DNA of 64,000 nt from Patescibacteria group bacterium (GCA_028714495.1 JAQTMH010000003.1:8496-72495); one strand, 5' to 3'. Positions 1 through 9,986 are shown, numbered from the stretch's first letter. Notes: generated by a model from the letters alone, not told the origin. Made by a program: numbers and translations.

Positions 1-146
1 AAGGTTCCGGGCTGGCCCGTGCAAATCGGGCAAATCGTCGTATTGGCTGGCTGGTTTTCGCCGGCATTATCGCAGCCGCAAAACATCTTGCTCTTGGTTT
101 TGAGCTGAACGTGGATTTCAAGCCCAATGACTGGTTCAAGCTTCAT
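1..146 (-). CDS. gatB: Asp/Glu-tRNA amidotransferase subunit B (N-terminal part, runs off window)
   Basis: Manual translation from ATG at 146: [25 protein letters not shown]...[14 protein letters not shown], the GatB N-terminal signature; ATGA overlap with the tmk stop. Confidence 0.95.
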   Translation of the reverse strand, partial: MKLEPVIGLEIHVQLKTKSKMFCGCDNAGENQPANTTICPICTGQPGT

Positions 147-781
147 GGTTTATTTTTTTGCCAAATATCCTTTTGCCAAATATCCTTGCCGCGAAGGAAT
201 TGCGAAACTATTTCCAAAATATCTTCGTTGACCTGGGTAATCGTCTGATTGGCATTGACCATTTTCCAGCCGTACATCGAAGCCAGTTTCTGGTGCCAGC
301 GGCGGCAGCGTTCGATTAATATATCATCGTTCTCGTGGATGTGCTTTTTTTCCTTACCGTTAATGAAACGCTCACCGTCGATTAATATCGCCAGGTCTTC
401 ATGCACTAGCGGCTGGTTTATCTCCACCAGCCAGTCCAAATCAGCGCCTTTGGTCGCGCCCCAAGCCAGGCCCGTGCCGATATAATCTTCAGCCACGACT
501 ATCTTCCCTGCCGCCAGCTTCTTTTGCAGAGCTGGTTCGTATTGAAAACGGTTAAGCGTGTACCACATCTGAAATTCATTTTCGTTGATCGGCTGGTCAT
601 CGTGGCTCCGTAAAATCCGATTGATGAACGGGCCAGTCGGCGTAATCCGGTAAACCGGGTATTTGACGTATTCGGTCGGCCAGCTGTTCCGGTTTAAAAA
701 CTCCACCAGCATTTTTGCCTGGGTGGATTTGCCTAGATTATTGACCCCGTAAATCGTTATTAAATATCCATGTCGTTTCAT
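143..781 (-). CDS. tmk: Thymidylate kinase (divergent motifs)
   Basis: N-terminal P-loop [15 protein letters not shown] and EDY (for DRY) motifs, C-terminal VNANQ; 212 aa; near other dTTP genes. Confidence 0.85.
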   Translation of the reverse strand: MKRHGYLITIYGVNNLGKSTQAKMLVEFLNRNSWPTEYVKYPVYRITPTGPFINRILRSHDDQPINENEFQMWYTLNRFQYEPALQKKLAAGKIVVAEDYIGTGLAWGATKGADLDWLVEINQPLVHEDLAILIDGERFINGKEKKHIHENDDILIERCRRWHQKLASMYGWKMVNANQTITQVNEDILEIVSQFLRGKDIWQKDIWQKNKP

Positions 782-846
782 GACTCTATTGTATCACCTT
801 CTGAAAAATAAAAAAAGCCGTAAATTTGCTTTGTCTTAGGCTTAAA

Positions 847-1281
847 TTAGCGGATAAACAAGTACCAAATGGCGCCCGACAGCACTATGGCCCCCGGATA
901 TAAAACGGGTATGTGGTAAGACCCGACTCTCATCCAGGGATACCACCAAACCTTTTCATGGCGGAAATCTTTGAATTTAAACTTCGGGTTGACCACAAAC
1001 CAGAGAAAATCCTCTACCAAGATTCCCACGAGATAGCCGCAGGCAATGACTGCCAATAGCTTGCCGTCATAGCCATGCGTGATAATCGGCAAAAGCAGAA
1101 ATAGCGGCAGGCAGACCCCAAACAGCATAAAATGATAACCAGTCAGCCTCAAACCAAAAATCTTCCTAACCCAGCCCACCTGCTTTTCCGCGCCACCATG
1201 CTCGCCCTCAATATAGGCCTCCCAGAATGAAATCGAAGCAAAGGCTAATATTATCCAAAAGAAAGTAAGGGTATAGTGCAT
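847..1281 (-). CDS. Hypothetical 4-TM membrane protein
   Basis: 144-aa hydrophobic ORF with a VEDFLWFVVNP motif. Confidence 0.7.
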   Translation of the reverse strand: MHYTLTFFWIILAFASISFWEAYIEGEHGGAEKQVGWVRKIFGLRLTGYHFMLFGVCLPLFLLLPIITHGYDGKLLAVIACGYLVGILVEDFLWFVVNPKFKFKDFRHEKVWWYPWMRVGSYHIPVLYPGAIVLSGAIWYLFIR

Positions 1282-1448
1282 GGCTTTATTATAGCATAAC
1301 TGGTGTGGCTATCAGAGAATTCAAAATTTATAATGTAAATTATTGTATCCGCCTAGGGAGGATTCCTTCATTTTTAATTTTGAATTTTTAATTTCTTCAT
1401 TTGACCCAAATAAAAAAGCCTTCACCCAAATGAGTGAAAGCTGAATCG

Positions 1449-2087
1449 CTAGATTACTCTGATGCCTATGTCCTGATATACCTGGATAAAACAGGAAAGG
1501 CAGACTGGTTCATAGCTGACACCTTTCGTACCCTGAACCAGGAACTGAGGTGAATCTCTCGGCGCGGGCATCCCATCAATCAGTCGGAGAGAACGAGTGG
1601 CTCCTTCTCCGCACCTGATGCAAACAGCATCGCGCAAACGGTAGACCTTTACCTCGGGCATCAGCACAACATCAGCCGTGGTAGTGAATGGACGACCCAT
1701 GTGGTCAGTATCGAGTCCGGCAAAAAACACAGACTTCCCCTGTTGATAAAGTTTCAACAAGGCTCGCCTGAGTCCTCGGCCCCAAAACTGTCCTTCATCG
1801 ACCAGGACAACCTTGGCCGCTCGGACCTTAGGGTGTCGCAGCATGTCGCTCGGTCGCTGGGCATTGATGATCACAATTTCAATCCCTTCCAGCTGCGGAC
1901 CCCCGTGACTGACAATCTGGTCAGTGCCTGCGTCACGAGTATCGCGAGACGGCCGAAGCCAGACAAACGGGATATCCTGACCATGCTGTCTCATTCGGAT
2001 AATCTGCCGCGCCACAGCACACAGCTTTTCGGTCTTACCCGAGCACATCGGACCGATAAACGCCAAAATCCTCTTCTCCCAGAGCAT
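1449..2087 (-). CDS. tdk: Thymidine kinase
   Basis: GPMCSGKT P-loop, VDEGQF, AGLDTD, Zn-binding CIRC...CLSC; start placed at ATG 2087 after SD GAGGAGG. Confidence 0.9.
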   Translation of the reverse strand: MLWEKRILAFIGPMCSGKTEKLCAVARQIIRMRQHGQDIPFVWLRPSRDTRDAGTDQIVSHGGPQLEGIEIVIINAQRPSDMLRHPKVRAAKVVLVDEGQFWGRGLRRALLKLYQQGKSVFFAGLDTDHMGRPFTTTADVVLMPEVKVYRLRDAVCIRCGEGATRSLRLIDGMPAPRDSPQFLVQGTKGVSYEPVCLSCFIQVYQDIGIRVI

Positions 2088-2383
2088 AATGGTTGACCCT
2101 CCTCTATTTGCCATTTGGTAATGTACGGTTTTCCTCCGCCTAGATTTTAGTTTCGAAGACTTCGACTGTCAATGTTAATAAGTATGACATCAGAATAATC
2201 AATGGTTACTCGATTGGTTGACAATTTGAATCATTTGTGATAAGTTATTTTATCAGTATAATTTGGCACTTTGATATTTCATCTCAACGGCGATATGGCT
2301 AGAATTTGTTGATTCCCGCTTTGTCGCTGTTGAGATAGATGAACTAGTCAATTGTCGGTAAGTAGTCAACCAAGGAGGTTGGG

Positions 2384-3151
2384 ATGTTCATCGGTTACAA
2401 TGATCACGAAGTCTGCGCCACGCCCCTGGGTGGATCGATCATCAGCTGGGACTGTGGCGGCATGGGTGTTCTTGGGCCGGTCTGCCAGAAAATGGTGGAG
2501 ACTCCCACGCCAAGCGGTTTCACTTTCAAACGGCGCGGACTGTCGCACTGGTGCTTCCCCAATTTTGGTTCGGTGCCGAACAAGGCGGGATTATTGGGCC
2601 TACCCAAGCATGGCGTTTTACGTGACACTCTGCTTTTGCCCAGCCAGATTCGTGGGCAACGGATGGAATTCTGGAACCACATCGAGCTGGGCGGAGTGCC
2701 TGACATCAGCGTGGGAATTTCCTTGACCATCGGCCACCACGGTCCCAATAACGGTTCAGCCCGTCTCAACCTGACCCTGATGGCTTATGTACAGCAAGAC
2801 GACGGGGAACCGATCAGACTTCCCATTCTTCCGGCCTGGCATCCCTACTTTGCCGGTCCTGCCACTGTTACCATCGGCGGTCATAAGATCGAGGTCGGTC
2901 CTGACCCGGCAATTATCGAACGAGCCGATACAATCACTATTGTTCTGAAGGATCGGGGCAGGGTTACAATGATCCCTTCATTCAGCTGCCACTGGTTGGT
3001 TGTCTGGAGCGACGACCCAGCCAAGTATGTCTGTGTCGAGCCAGTCTTCGGCGGACGTCCAGGTACCTTCGGTACCGACGAGCAGGAGACTTTCCTCGAG
3101 CCCGACAAACCGTTTACCTGTTTCGTGAACACGATCTTTACTCCCTTCTAG
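2384..3151 (+). CDS. Aldose 1-epimerase / galactose mutarotase-like protein
   Basis: RGLSHWCFPNFG, KHG, WHPYF, VVWS and YVCVEP motifs; SD AAGGAGG. Confidence 0.75.
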   Translation: MFIGYNDHEVCATPLGGSIISWDCGGMGVLGPVCQKMVETPTPSGFTFKRRGLSHWCFPNFGSVPNKAGLLGLPKHGVLRDTLLLPSQIRGQRMEFWNHIELGGVPDISVGISLTIGHHGPNNGSARLNLTLMAYVQQDDGEPIRLPILPAWHPYFAGPATVTIGGHKIEVGPDPAIIERADTITIVLKDRGRVTMIPSFSCHWLVVWSDDPAKYVCVEPVFGGRPGTFGTDEQETFLEPDKPFTCFVNTIFTPF

Positions 3152-3174
3152 CCGGAACTTCCGGCAGCAATCTG

Positions 3175-3218
3175 CCCCGCAGCGTTAGTACCAACTTTCG
3201 CCGCGGGGTTTTCTTTTA
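3175..3218 (+). terminator. Intrinsic terminator
   Basis: CCCCGC...GCGGGG stem followed by TTTTCTTTT. Confidence 0.65.
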
Positions 3219-3319
3219 TTGACAAATATCGAAACAGGTATAATGTATAACTGCTTCAGTGGATACATTGAAGCTGTCCTTCACACCCGATAGGGCCCTG
3301 GATGCAGGAGGAGATTCTT

Positions 3320-3748
3320 ATGAGAAGCATGCTTGATGTACAGCAGATCTTGGATGGTTCGGACAAGATCAACCGGATGAAACGGCAAATCGGACTGATC
3401 CTTTCCATGGTTTCCGGTTTTCTTGATTGCCAGACCAAAGGAAGCAGTGTCACCCCTCTCATTCAAGTGATTTTCACGTTTACCGACCAAAACGGCTATC
3501 TCTGGCAAGCGAGGTTCGCGAATAGGGGGGACCGGGGCGTGCGCTTCGAGGTTGAAATCTCGAAATGCAGCATTCTCCTTTATAACGCCCGCCGTGGAAG
3601 CGACTGTATCCCGCTCGAACACGTTGAGAAGATACACGAAGGTCTTCCCTCTTTTCTCGACCAAGTCGACAATAAATTCCCTGAGCTAAGAGATGTTCTC
3701 GATTTCCTGGCTGGAGTTGGATCGAGAACTAAATCACTCGCGTCCTGA
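3320..3748 (+). CDS. Hypothetical protein
   Basis: ORF with AGGAGG SD before ATG 3320, upstream TTGACA/TATAAT elements, downstream GAGCCG/CGGCTC-T-run terminator. Confidence 0.65.
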   Translation: MRSMLDVQQILDGSDKINRMKRQIGLILSMVSGFLDCQTKGSSVTPLIQVIFTFTDQNGYLWQARFANRGDRGVRFEVEISKCSILLYNARRGSDCIPLEHVEKIHEGLPSFLDQVDNKFPELRDVLDFLAGVGSRTKSLAS

Positions 3749-3824
3749 TCTTTCCCCGAGCCGCCCCCAAACGGCTCTTTTTTATTATTATATAATTCTT
3801 GGTTTGTTTAAGTATTACAGCAAT

Positions 3825-4029
3825 AAAAAAGGGAGGTGATGGCTGCGCACATCACCTCATCTGTGCATGACGCTCTCATAAGAGACACCCAGAGCCGCAG
3901 CGGGTGCCTGACCCCTGGTGAGCGCTCACCTCACCTAAGGGTAAGCCTTCCCTGGTCAGAGCGTCCAAACCATCTCGGCTCTCAAGGAAGCCTCCATGGT
4001 TCACTGCGGCCCCTATTAGCCGCAGTGGT
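3825..4029 (-). ncRNA. Candidate ~205-nt structured small RNA
   Basis: Minus-strand TTGACA-17bp-TAACAT (4064..4036), 5' hairpin 4002-4027, nested helices, terminal hairpin plus U6; no credible ORF. Confidence 0.55.
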
Positions 4030-4140
4030 ATTATTATGTTAAATAAGTATTTTATATTTGTCAATTTAATTAGCAGAACTCTATTCCAGTATATAACAAA
4101 AAAGAATCCATTATTGATATCGATGGAAAAATAGTAGTAG

Positions 4141-4171
4141 CAAGAAAACGGCTCATACAGCCGTTTTCTTG
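4141..4171. terminator. Inverted repeat/terminator downstream of thyX
   Basis: CAAGAAAACGGCT-catac-AGCCGTTTTCTTG, 13-bp perfect stem. Confidence 0.65.
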
Positions 4172-4181
4172 TATGAATTTA

Positions 4182-5891
4182 CTAATTTACTTTTTTATTA
4201 TCTTTGGCGATTTTCTCATCCAATTCCCTCTCCTTCACCCTCTGCTTCGCCTCTGAATCCGCCCTGGCCCAGTCATATTGATTGTAGTCGACGAATTTCA
4301 TATGGTCGGCGCGCCAGTCAGATCGCTCCTGGATCTTTCTATGGAGTTCTTGGCAGACTTTGCGATAGGCAGGATGTCCCTGGGGGCCGGTTCGCAGTTC
4401 CAGCAGATGATAAGCTTCGCGCTCGTTGAAAGCCAGAAGCCAGCGGACTTTTGAGCCGTGAAGAGTGGCGTAAGACGCTTCGCTCGGAAAGTCAGGATAT
4501 AGCCTGTTATAAAGCTCCATTGATTTCTCATGGCAAGCTTTTATTTTATCTTCAAAACCGGCTTTGATAATATCTGGAGGCATGGTAAATCCCAGCAGAG
4601 GTGAAAAACGCTGCTTGAGCTGGGAAGTCATCCGGTGACGCATCACGTCTTTATAAACTCCAAAATCCGTGACCAGGTCAAAGGTGTAGGGGTAACCGGC
4701 TTCAAAAGCTCGATATGGCCGATCCCGCCGAGTTTTTCTTTCGCCAATATAAGTATTGATTATCTTTTCTCGGCTTTCAACCGGAAGTTTTTCGACAATC
4801 TTGATTAATTGCTTCAAAGGGTGCCGGCAATAGGCATAAAGCATCATTGCCAAAGTGACATTGTCAAAACGGTCTTGCATAATCGATTTAACTTTGTCGA
4901 GAGTGATATATCCCTGGCTCAGCTTGTGGGCAATGTAATTCTCGCCGAAATCAAGAAGCGAAATATTCTCATCAGCCATCGGCTCTGTGTCTTTCAGCAA
5001 TTCAACAGCTAGGGCGTACATATTTTTCTCGATTGACGATTGATATTCATTTGCCTTGGCTCGGCGGACATAGGCTGGGATGATCTTGGCCAGTTCAAGA
5101 GCCGCTGATTTTCCAATTGTTTGGGCTTCGGGAAAAGGACTGCTCAGTAGCGCGCTGATAAATCCTTGATAAAATCTCCCATTGCCAAACCAGCCGACAT
5201 TCGTTTTCGTTGATAAAGGTAAAATGTAACGTAGCGTATCACAAGCTCTGGTACGAATATCCATCTGGTAAGTCGTTTTAAATGCCTTTTGATCGACCGG
5301 GTCAGTCAAATCATCGTAGCGTTGTTTTACTTTCGTGCCTTTGATGTCGTATTCAGCCTGCTTCAACGGCTTCAACTTCTGATAATATTTCTTCATCGGT
5401 TCAATCAATTCGCAATAGGTCTGAAAGAAAAAATCCATTGTCTCAATGTACGCCTGCCCATGCTTCGAGGCCACGATATTCGGGTCTCGGTAGTAGCGAT
5501 AATTCCCCGCCTCATCCTTTTGGTCGTAAAAAACATACCGCGTAGATTGCTCAATCGGCGAGCCCCCGATCCGGCATTCCTCCATCTCCTTAGTGGCTAT
5601 TATTGTAACATTCTCGGTTGAGAGGTGTGTGCCCTCCAGTTCGCCCACAGAATCGTCCCCAAACGCTATTAAAACGCGCTGGATGAGCTCTGCGGCGTGT
5701 TTGGGATCTACCACACCCTCTTTGATGAATTCCTTCAGCAGGGTCTCGCGAAAGCCCCCCCTGGCCCGGCTATATCGAGCATAGGCCGCGCCGACCATTC
5801 CCTGCATTCCGGTTACGCAAAAAACATCGCCGGTTGGATCGGTTACGTATTTCTTTAAGAGTTCGATTTCTTCGGGTGTGAATATCGGCAT
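4182..5891 (-). CDS. thyX: FAD-dependent thymidylate synthase, tandem two-domain type
   Basis: ARYSR, FGDDSVGEL, EQSTRY, RHRMTSQ and ELRT...GHPAYR motifs; start placed at ATG 5891 just after the dut stop. Confidence 0.9.
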   Translation of the reverse strand: MPIFTPEEIELLKKYVTDPTGDVFCVTGMQGMVGAAYARYSRARGGFRETLLKEFIKEGVVDPKHAAELIQRVLIAFGDDSVGELEGTHLSTENVTIIATKEMEECRIGGSPIEQSTRYVFYDQKDEAGNYRYYRDPNIVASKHGQAYIETMDFFFQTYCELIEPMKKYYQKLKPLKQAEYDIKGTKVKQRYDDLTDPVDQKAFKTTYQMDIRTRACDTLRYILPLSTKTNVGWFGNGRFYQGFISALLSSPFPEAQTIGKSAALELAKIIPAYVRRAKANEYQSSIEKNMYALAVELLKDTEPMADENISLLDFGENYIAHKLSQGYITLDKVKSIMQDRFDNVTLAMMLYAYCRHPLKQLIKIVEKLPVESREKIINTYIGERKTRRDRPYRAFEAGYPYTFDLVTDFGVYKDVMRHRMTSQLKQRFSPLLGFTMPPDIIKAGFEDKIKACHEKSMELYNRLYPDFPSEASYATLHGSKVRWLLAFNEREAYHLLELRTGPQGHPAYRKVCQELHRKIQERSDWRADHMKFVDYNQYDWARADSEAKQRVKERELDEKIAKDNKKVN

Positions 5892-5895
5892 ATAT

Positions 5896-6321
5896 TTATC
5901 TTCCAGTGCTGCCAAATCCTCCTTGGCCACGCTCGGTATCGCTTAATTTTTCGACTTCGACAATTTTAGCCTGTTCAACCGGCTGGACAAGCAGTTGCGC
6001 GATCTTATCGCCTTTTTTTATTTCCTGAGGGTTTTCGCCCGTGTTGAGGAGTACGATCATCAGTTCGCCGCGATAGCCCGAATCAAGCACGCCGCTAAGG
6101 CAATGGATCCCCTTTTTTGAAGCCAGCCCGCTCTTGTCCCAGACCAGTCCGACATAACCATTAGGAAGTTCCAGCGCGATACCCACGGGAAATGTGCGAC
6201 GCTCTGATGGCTTGATGGTGTAGTTTTCACAGCTAAACAAATCCAAGCCGGCATCTCCAGGAAAAGCGTATTCTGGCAATCTCGCCTCTGAATTCAACCT
6301 TTTTATTTTCACGCTTAGCAT
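5896..6321 (-). CDS. dut: Trimeric dUTPase
   Basis: AGLDL, KSG, GVLDSGYRGE, IAQL and RGQGGFGSTG motifs. Confidence 0.97.
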   Translation of the reverse strand: MLSVKIKRLNSEARLPEYAFPGDAGLDLFSCENYTIKPSERRTFPVGIALELPNGYVGLVWDKSGLASKKGIHCLSGVLDSGYRGELMIVLLNTGENPQEIKKGDKIAQLLVQPVEQAKIVEVEKLSDTERGQGGFGSTGR

Positions 6322-6393
6322 AGATATATATTAACGGATAAACAAAATCAGAGCAAATTTAAGAGATTTTGTAGTAAATGATAATGCGAACAC

Positions 6394-6421
6394 TGCTATC
6401 ATGCTATATAGCATGATAGCA
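6394..6421. promoter_or_regulatory. Perfect 28-bp palindrome, candidate operator
   Basis: TGCTATCATGCTATATAGCATGATAGCA is self-complementary; an interrupted second copy lies at 6767-6817. Confidence 0.6.
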
Positions 6422-6431
6422 CGCGTCTGCT

Positions 6432-6743
6432 CTATTTTTTTATTGTTTTTAACGCTGTCTCATAACCGCCTCTGCCAAAATTTAACCAGCGGTCCACCCG
6501 TGAAATTGTCGGAAATCCTGCTTTTAGCTTCTCCCGGATTTCACGGTGGCTTTTACCACTGATTAGCATATCAGCAATGAGCAGTCGCCTAATTAGCATG
6601 ATTCTCTCCTGTCGGTTCAAGAGGTCTTTCAGGAAATTGCGAATGTCTGATTTTGTTTTCAATCTGGCCAACGTCTCGCAGAAATGATCCATCAACCGAT
6701 CCTGCAGTTTATAAGGAATCTTATTGGCATTGTAGCGTGCCAT
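6432..6743 (-). CDS. TrpR/YerC-like helix-turn-helix protein
   Basis: FLKDLLNRQE...RRLLIADML...SHREI...TISRV pattern; start placed at ATG 6743 (MARYNA). Confidence 0.85.
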   Translation of the reverse strand: MARYNANKIPYKLQDRLMDHFCETLARLKTKSDIRNFLKDLLNRQERIMLIRRLLIADMLISGKSHREIREKLKAGFPTISRVDRWLNFGRGGYETALKTIKK

Positions 6744-6837
6744 AAATACTCCACGGCAAATCCCCCTGCTATCATGGCTACCCAGCACTGAGTCTGGTGC
6801 TGGGCTATATAGCATGAAACGTATACCAAATATAGCA

Positions 6838-8343
6838 TTATTTAATTATTCTCACAATTCCTTTGGTGGCATCCACCTCTACCATATCCCCGTCCTTCAG
6901 TACCCGCATGGCAAACCGCGTGCCGACGACACACGGGATTTTCAGCTCGCGTGCGATTATCGCGGCGTGCGAGGTTAGACCGCCTTCGTCCGTAATGATT
7001 CCCGCTGCCCGATGCATAAGTGGAACAAAATCAGGCCGCGTCATATACGTCAGCAGTATTTCGCCTGGCCGAAGATTCTTACCATGAATGGAAGGGGTTT
7101 CGATTTTTCTTATCCTCCCGCGAATACGGCCCGGGGATGCGGCAATGCCGGAAAAAACCGTGGTTTGAGTCGGCAGATTTAGACCAGCAATCCGCCGCCA
7201 GCAGGCCTCATACCGACGGCCGCTCATCATAATTTCCTGCCCGTCGACAAAAGTTATATAGGCACAACCGCTAATGCGCCGTTGGAGTTCAGGGCGCAAC
7301 ACTTTTTTCCCTCGATACGCCCTAAACAGTTCATGCGGCGTCAGATGCCATATTTCCGATACTGTATAACCGAGTTCCTTCGCAAACAGCTTAATAAATT
7401 TCTGACACCAGTAGTTGGCAATGAGATTCGCCTGCTTCCGCTCATCCTGCCAATGTCCGGCCCAGCCGACTGACTTTAATGCCCGCATCTCATAAGAAGT
7501 AAGGCTAGTGCGGCGGCTGGCCTTAAATTGTGTTTTTGCCAGCGACAACCGATAATTACGTAGCTCCTGCCGGCGCTGATTTTTCTTTCCGGACGTCATT
7601 TTAGTCAGCGCAAGCAACTTGTTATAAAAATATTCAAGGCTTAGCGGAACCGTGTCCCGATAATTGAACTGAACCCAGAAATACCGGCGCTGGATTCGCT
7701 CAAGGTCGCGATAGGCCTCCGGCCGGCGACGCTGAAATTCGGCCAAGCGAGTCGGCAACCGTTTCTGGCCGAGCGATTTTTCCAATTGCAATAGATCGAG
7801 TTCTAATCGTTGAAGAAACGACAGTTTTGGAGGCTGAGTAAAAACGATAATATCATCATCAAGCCTTTTGTATCCCGCATATTTCCTTTTCAGCTCGCGG
7901 ACAAATTTATCTCCACCGAGCGAATAATACTCAGTGATCAATGGCAAACTGTATTCATCTAGATACAGCCGATAAAAACGCTGGAATTCCTTGAGCGGCT
8001 GCCGCGAAATGTCCGTCTTTTCTAATCGTTCTATCTCCTGGTAGAAACGCCGTTTGAAAACTAGCCAGCGCCGAAAAACACGCTGGACATAATCCTTATT
8101 TTTGAAACACCAGTAGCCTTTACCCTCAAATTCATCCTCGTCGTAGATCCAGTACGATTTCAGACCATTCTGCGTGGAGACGACAACGATTTTTTCAGCG
8201 GCTAATTTCGGAAATTGCCGGCGGAGCACGTAGGTGATCGCTTGTCCGGGAATGATCGCCGTAAACGGCACAAAGACCCCGCCCTGGATCACCCAGTGCG
8301 TGGTACCCGAAAATAATCTTTTTTCCGCTTTGGCAATGTTCAT
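6838..8343 (-). CDS. PEP-utilizer mobile (phospho-His swivel) domain protein, paralog 1
   Basis: C-terminal GIAASPG...TRPDF...TDEGGLTSHAAIIARE...VDATKG; long helical N-terminus; no ATP-grasp or TIM barrel recognised. Confidence 0.85.
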   Translation of the reverse strand: MNIAKAEKRLFSGTTHWVIQGGVFVPFTAIIPGQAITYVLRRQFPKLAAEKIVVVSTQNGLKSYWIYDEDEFEGKGYWCFKNKDYVQRVFRRWLVFKRRFYQEIERLEKTDISRQPLKEFQRFYRLYLDEYSLPLITEYYSLGGDKFVRELKRKYAGYKRLDDDIIVFTQPPKLSFLQRLELDLLQLEKSLGQKRLPTRLAEFQRRRPEAYRDLERIQRRYFWVQFNYRDTVPLSLEYFYNKLLALTKMTSGKKNQRRQELRNYRLSLAKTQFKASRRTSLTSYEMRALKSVGWAGHWQDERKQANLIANYWCQKFIKLFAKELGYTVSEIWHLTPHELFRAYRGKKVLRPELQRRISGCAYITFVDGQEIMMSGRRYEACWRRIAGLNLPTQTTVFSGIAASPGRIRGRIRKIETPSIHGKNLRPGEILLTYMTRPDFVPLMHRAAGIITDEGGLTSHAAIIARELKIPCVVGTRFAMRVLKDGDMVEVDATKGIVRIIK

Positions 8344-9815
8344 GCTCTTGTTATTACGCCATGATCCGCATCCACCTCCACTCTATCCCCATCCTTCAGT
8401 ATATTAACCGCCCCCTGAACTCCGACTACGGTGGGTATTTTAAATTCGCGCGCTACAATGGCCGTGTGGCAGGTTAGCCCGCCTTCGTCAGCGACAACAG
8501 CCGCGGCGATCTTCATAATTGGCGAATATTCTGGTCTGGTATTTGGCGCGACTAATATATTGCCTGGTTTCATCTTATGGAAATCGCGCTTGTCTCTGAC
8601 AATTCTGACAGTGCCTTTAACAATCCCCGGATAGGCTGACCGGCCAGTCAGCTTGGCATTCTCTTTGATCTTATTTTTAAGATAGTTGTTCAAATTCCGG
8701 CCGGTTTCTCCGTAAAATTCAATAAAATTATCTAAATCTTTCAAATAGTAAAAAACCGGCTGACGGCGGTTTTTAATGTTTTTAATAAATTTAGGCGTTA
8801 GTCTAAAGATTTTCTCTATTTCCCAATGAAACAGGCGCTCGACTTCTTCAACAGTTAAACGGGTCCGCCGGCTGAATTCCTTGGCGAATTTTTGCAATAC
8901 ATTAGACGCCATCTGATTGTAAGCTTTTCTTTCATCGCGAAAATTTCCTAGTCTTGAAAGAAAATTTACCGTGCTATAGAAATGTTCGGTAAACTTGTAT
9001 CTTTGGTAAATCTCTCTTCTTAAATAGACCAGCTTATCCAAAAATTTAGCCGTGGCCTTTTCTTTTTTTATTTTAGCTTTGTTCTTCAGCAATACTTCCA
9101 GTTCCCTCTTAAAATACTGCGCATCCAAATATTCAGTCGTGGCGTAATCATTATGCAGCCAATAGAAATTTCGACTATGTTTGGCCAATTCGCGATTAAG
9201 GTATCTTTCATTTTTAATAATGCCTCCTCGTTTTATAACGCTCTCGGCGATTTTCAAAAGCGCTAGCCGCTCTTTTTGTAGAAATGACGGATTAGGCGGT
9301 GTCAGAATAATTTCCAAATCTCTAGGATTTATCTTCTTGTTTTCCTTTGTCAGCGCGTCGCTTAAGATATCGTCTCCGCAACAGTCGAAGCTGTCCAAGA
9401 ACACCGCTTCGTGCCATACCTTCATATACGCTTTGGTGAAAACGCGAAACTGAATAAGCAATTCTTGGTTCGAGTATCGACCAAGATCATCCCGCCTAAG
9501 TTGATTCAAAGCCCTCTTATATGGTTTGACGCATTCAACGTGCCAGTAATCAATTAATTTTTTGAGAAAGCGTTCGTTTTTATTTTGCTTGTTAAAATAA
9601 TAATCGGATATTTTTTTCAGCGACCTTTTTGAGAAATAAACTTCAAAATAGTGATTTTTAAAATAAACCAATGTTTCGTATTTAAACGACATCACTCTTC
9701 CCATTACCGACATCAGCGTGCAAGCGCGCCAAGGATATGACGCGTATAATAGCTTTGCCGCGCTGCCCTGTGTGTACCAGTCTAATTTCTTTATATTATC
9801 TATGTTTATTCGCAT
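8340..9815 (-). CDS. PEP-utilizer mobile domain protein, paralog 2
   Basis: C-terminal DEGGLTCHTAIVAREF; shares FYW..NDY and DERK motifs with paralog 1. Confidence 0.85.
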   Translation of the reverse strand: MRINIDNIKKLDWYTQGSAAKLLYASYPWRACTLMSVMGRVMSFKYETLVYFKNHYFEVYFSKRSLKKISDYYFNKQNKNERFLKKLIDYWHVECVKPYKRALNQLRRDDLGRYSNQELLIQFRVFTKAYMKVWHEAVFLDSFDCCGDDILSDALTKENKKINPRDLEIILTPPNPSFLQKERLALLKIAESVIKRGGIIKNERYLNRELAKHSRNFYWLHNDYATTEYLDAQYFKRELEVLLKNKAKIKKEKATAKFLDKLVYLRREIYQRYKFTEHFYSTVNFLSRLGNFRDERKAYNQMASNVLQKFAKEFSRRTRLTVEEVERLFHWEIEKIFRLTPKFIKNIKNRRQPVFYYLKDLDNFIEFYGETGRNLNNYLKNKIKENAKLTGRSAYPGIVKGTVRIVRDKRDFHKMKPGNILVAPNTRPEYSPIMKIAAAVVADEGGLTCHTAIVAREFKIPTVVGVQGAVNILKDGDRVEVDADHGVITRA

Positions 9816-9951
9816 ATTTTTCTAATTCCTTATCGATTTTCTCGTATAGCTCATCAAACGATCTGTTATTATCTATCGCGAAATCAGCCATGGTCATGCA
9901 TCGGCTGATATTCGGCCTTGTCGGATCAGTGGAATTCATTTCACGCCGTTC
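9796..9951 (-). pseudogene. Orphan 3' fragment of the P-loop kinase gene (12492-13058)
   Basis: REMNSTDPTRPNISRCMTMADF..DNN.SFDELY.KID is nearly identical to the kinase C-terminus; no N-terminal part. Confidence 0.8.
9845..9951. repeat. 107-bp direct repeat, copy A
   Basis: 102/107 identical by manual alignment to 12547-12653. Confidence 0.9.
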
Positions 9952-9986
9952 CCATTCCCACAACCATTTATTATTATACTCTAGAT

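Noticed and set aside
3836-4042. 68-aa + strand ORF near GGAGGTG as a type I toxin
   Set aside because: Start codons overlap the SD-like sequence, the peptide lacks a TM helix, and promoter/terminator point to the minus strand
6744-6815. N-terminal extension of the TrpR-like ORF
   Set aside because: It consists of the palindrome and hairpin insert, not protein-like sequence
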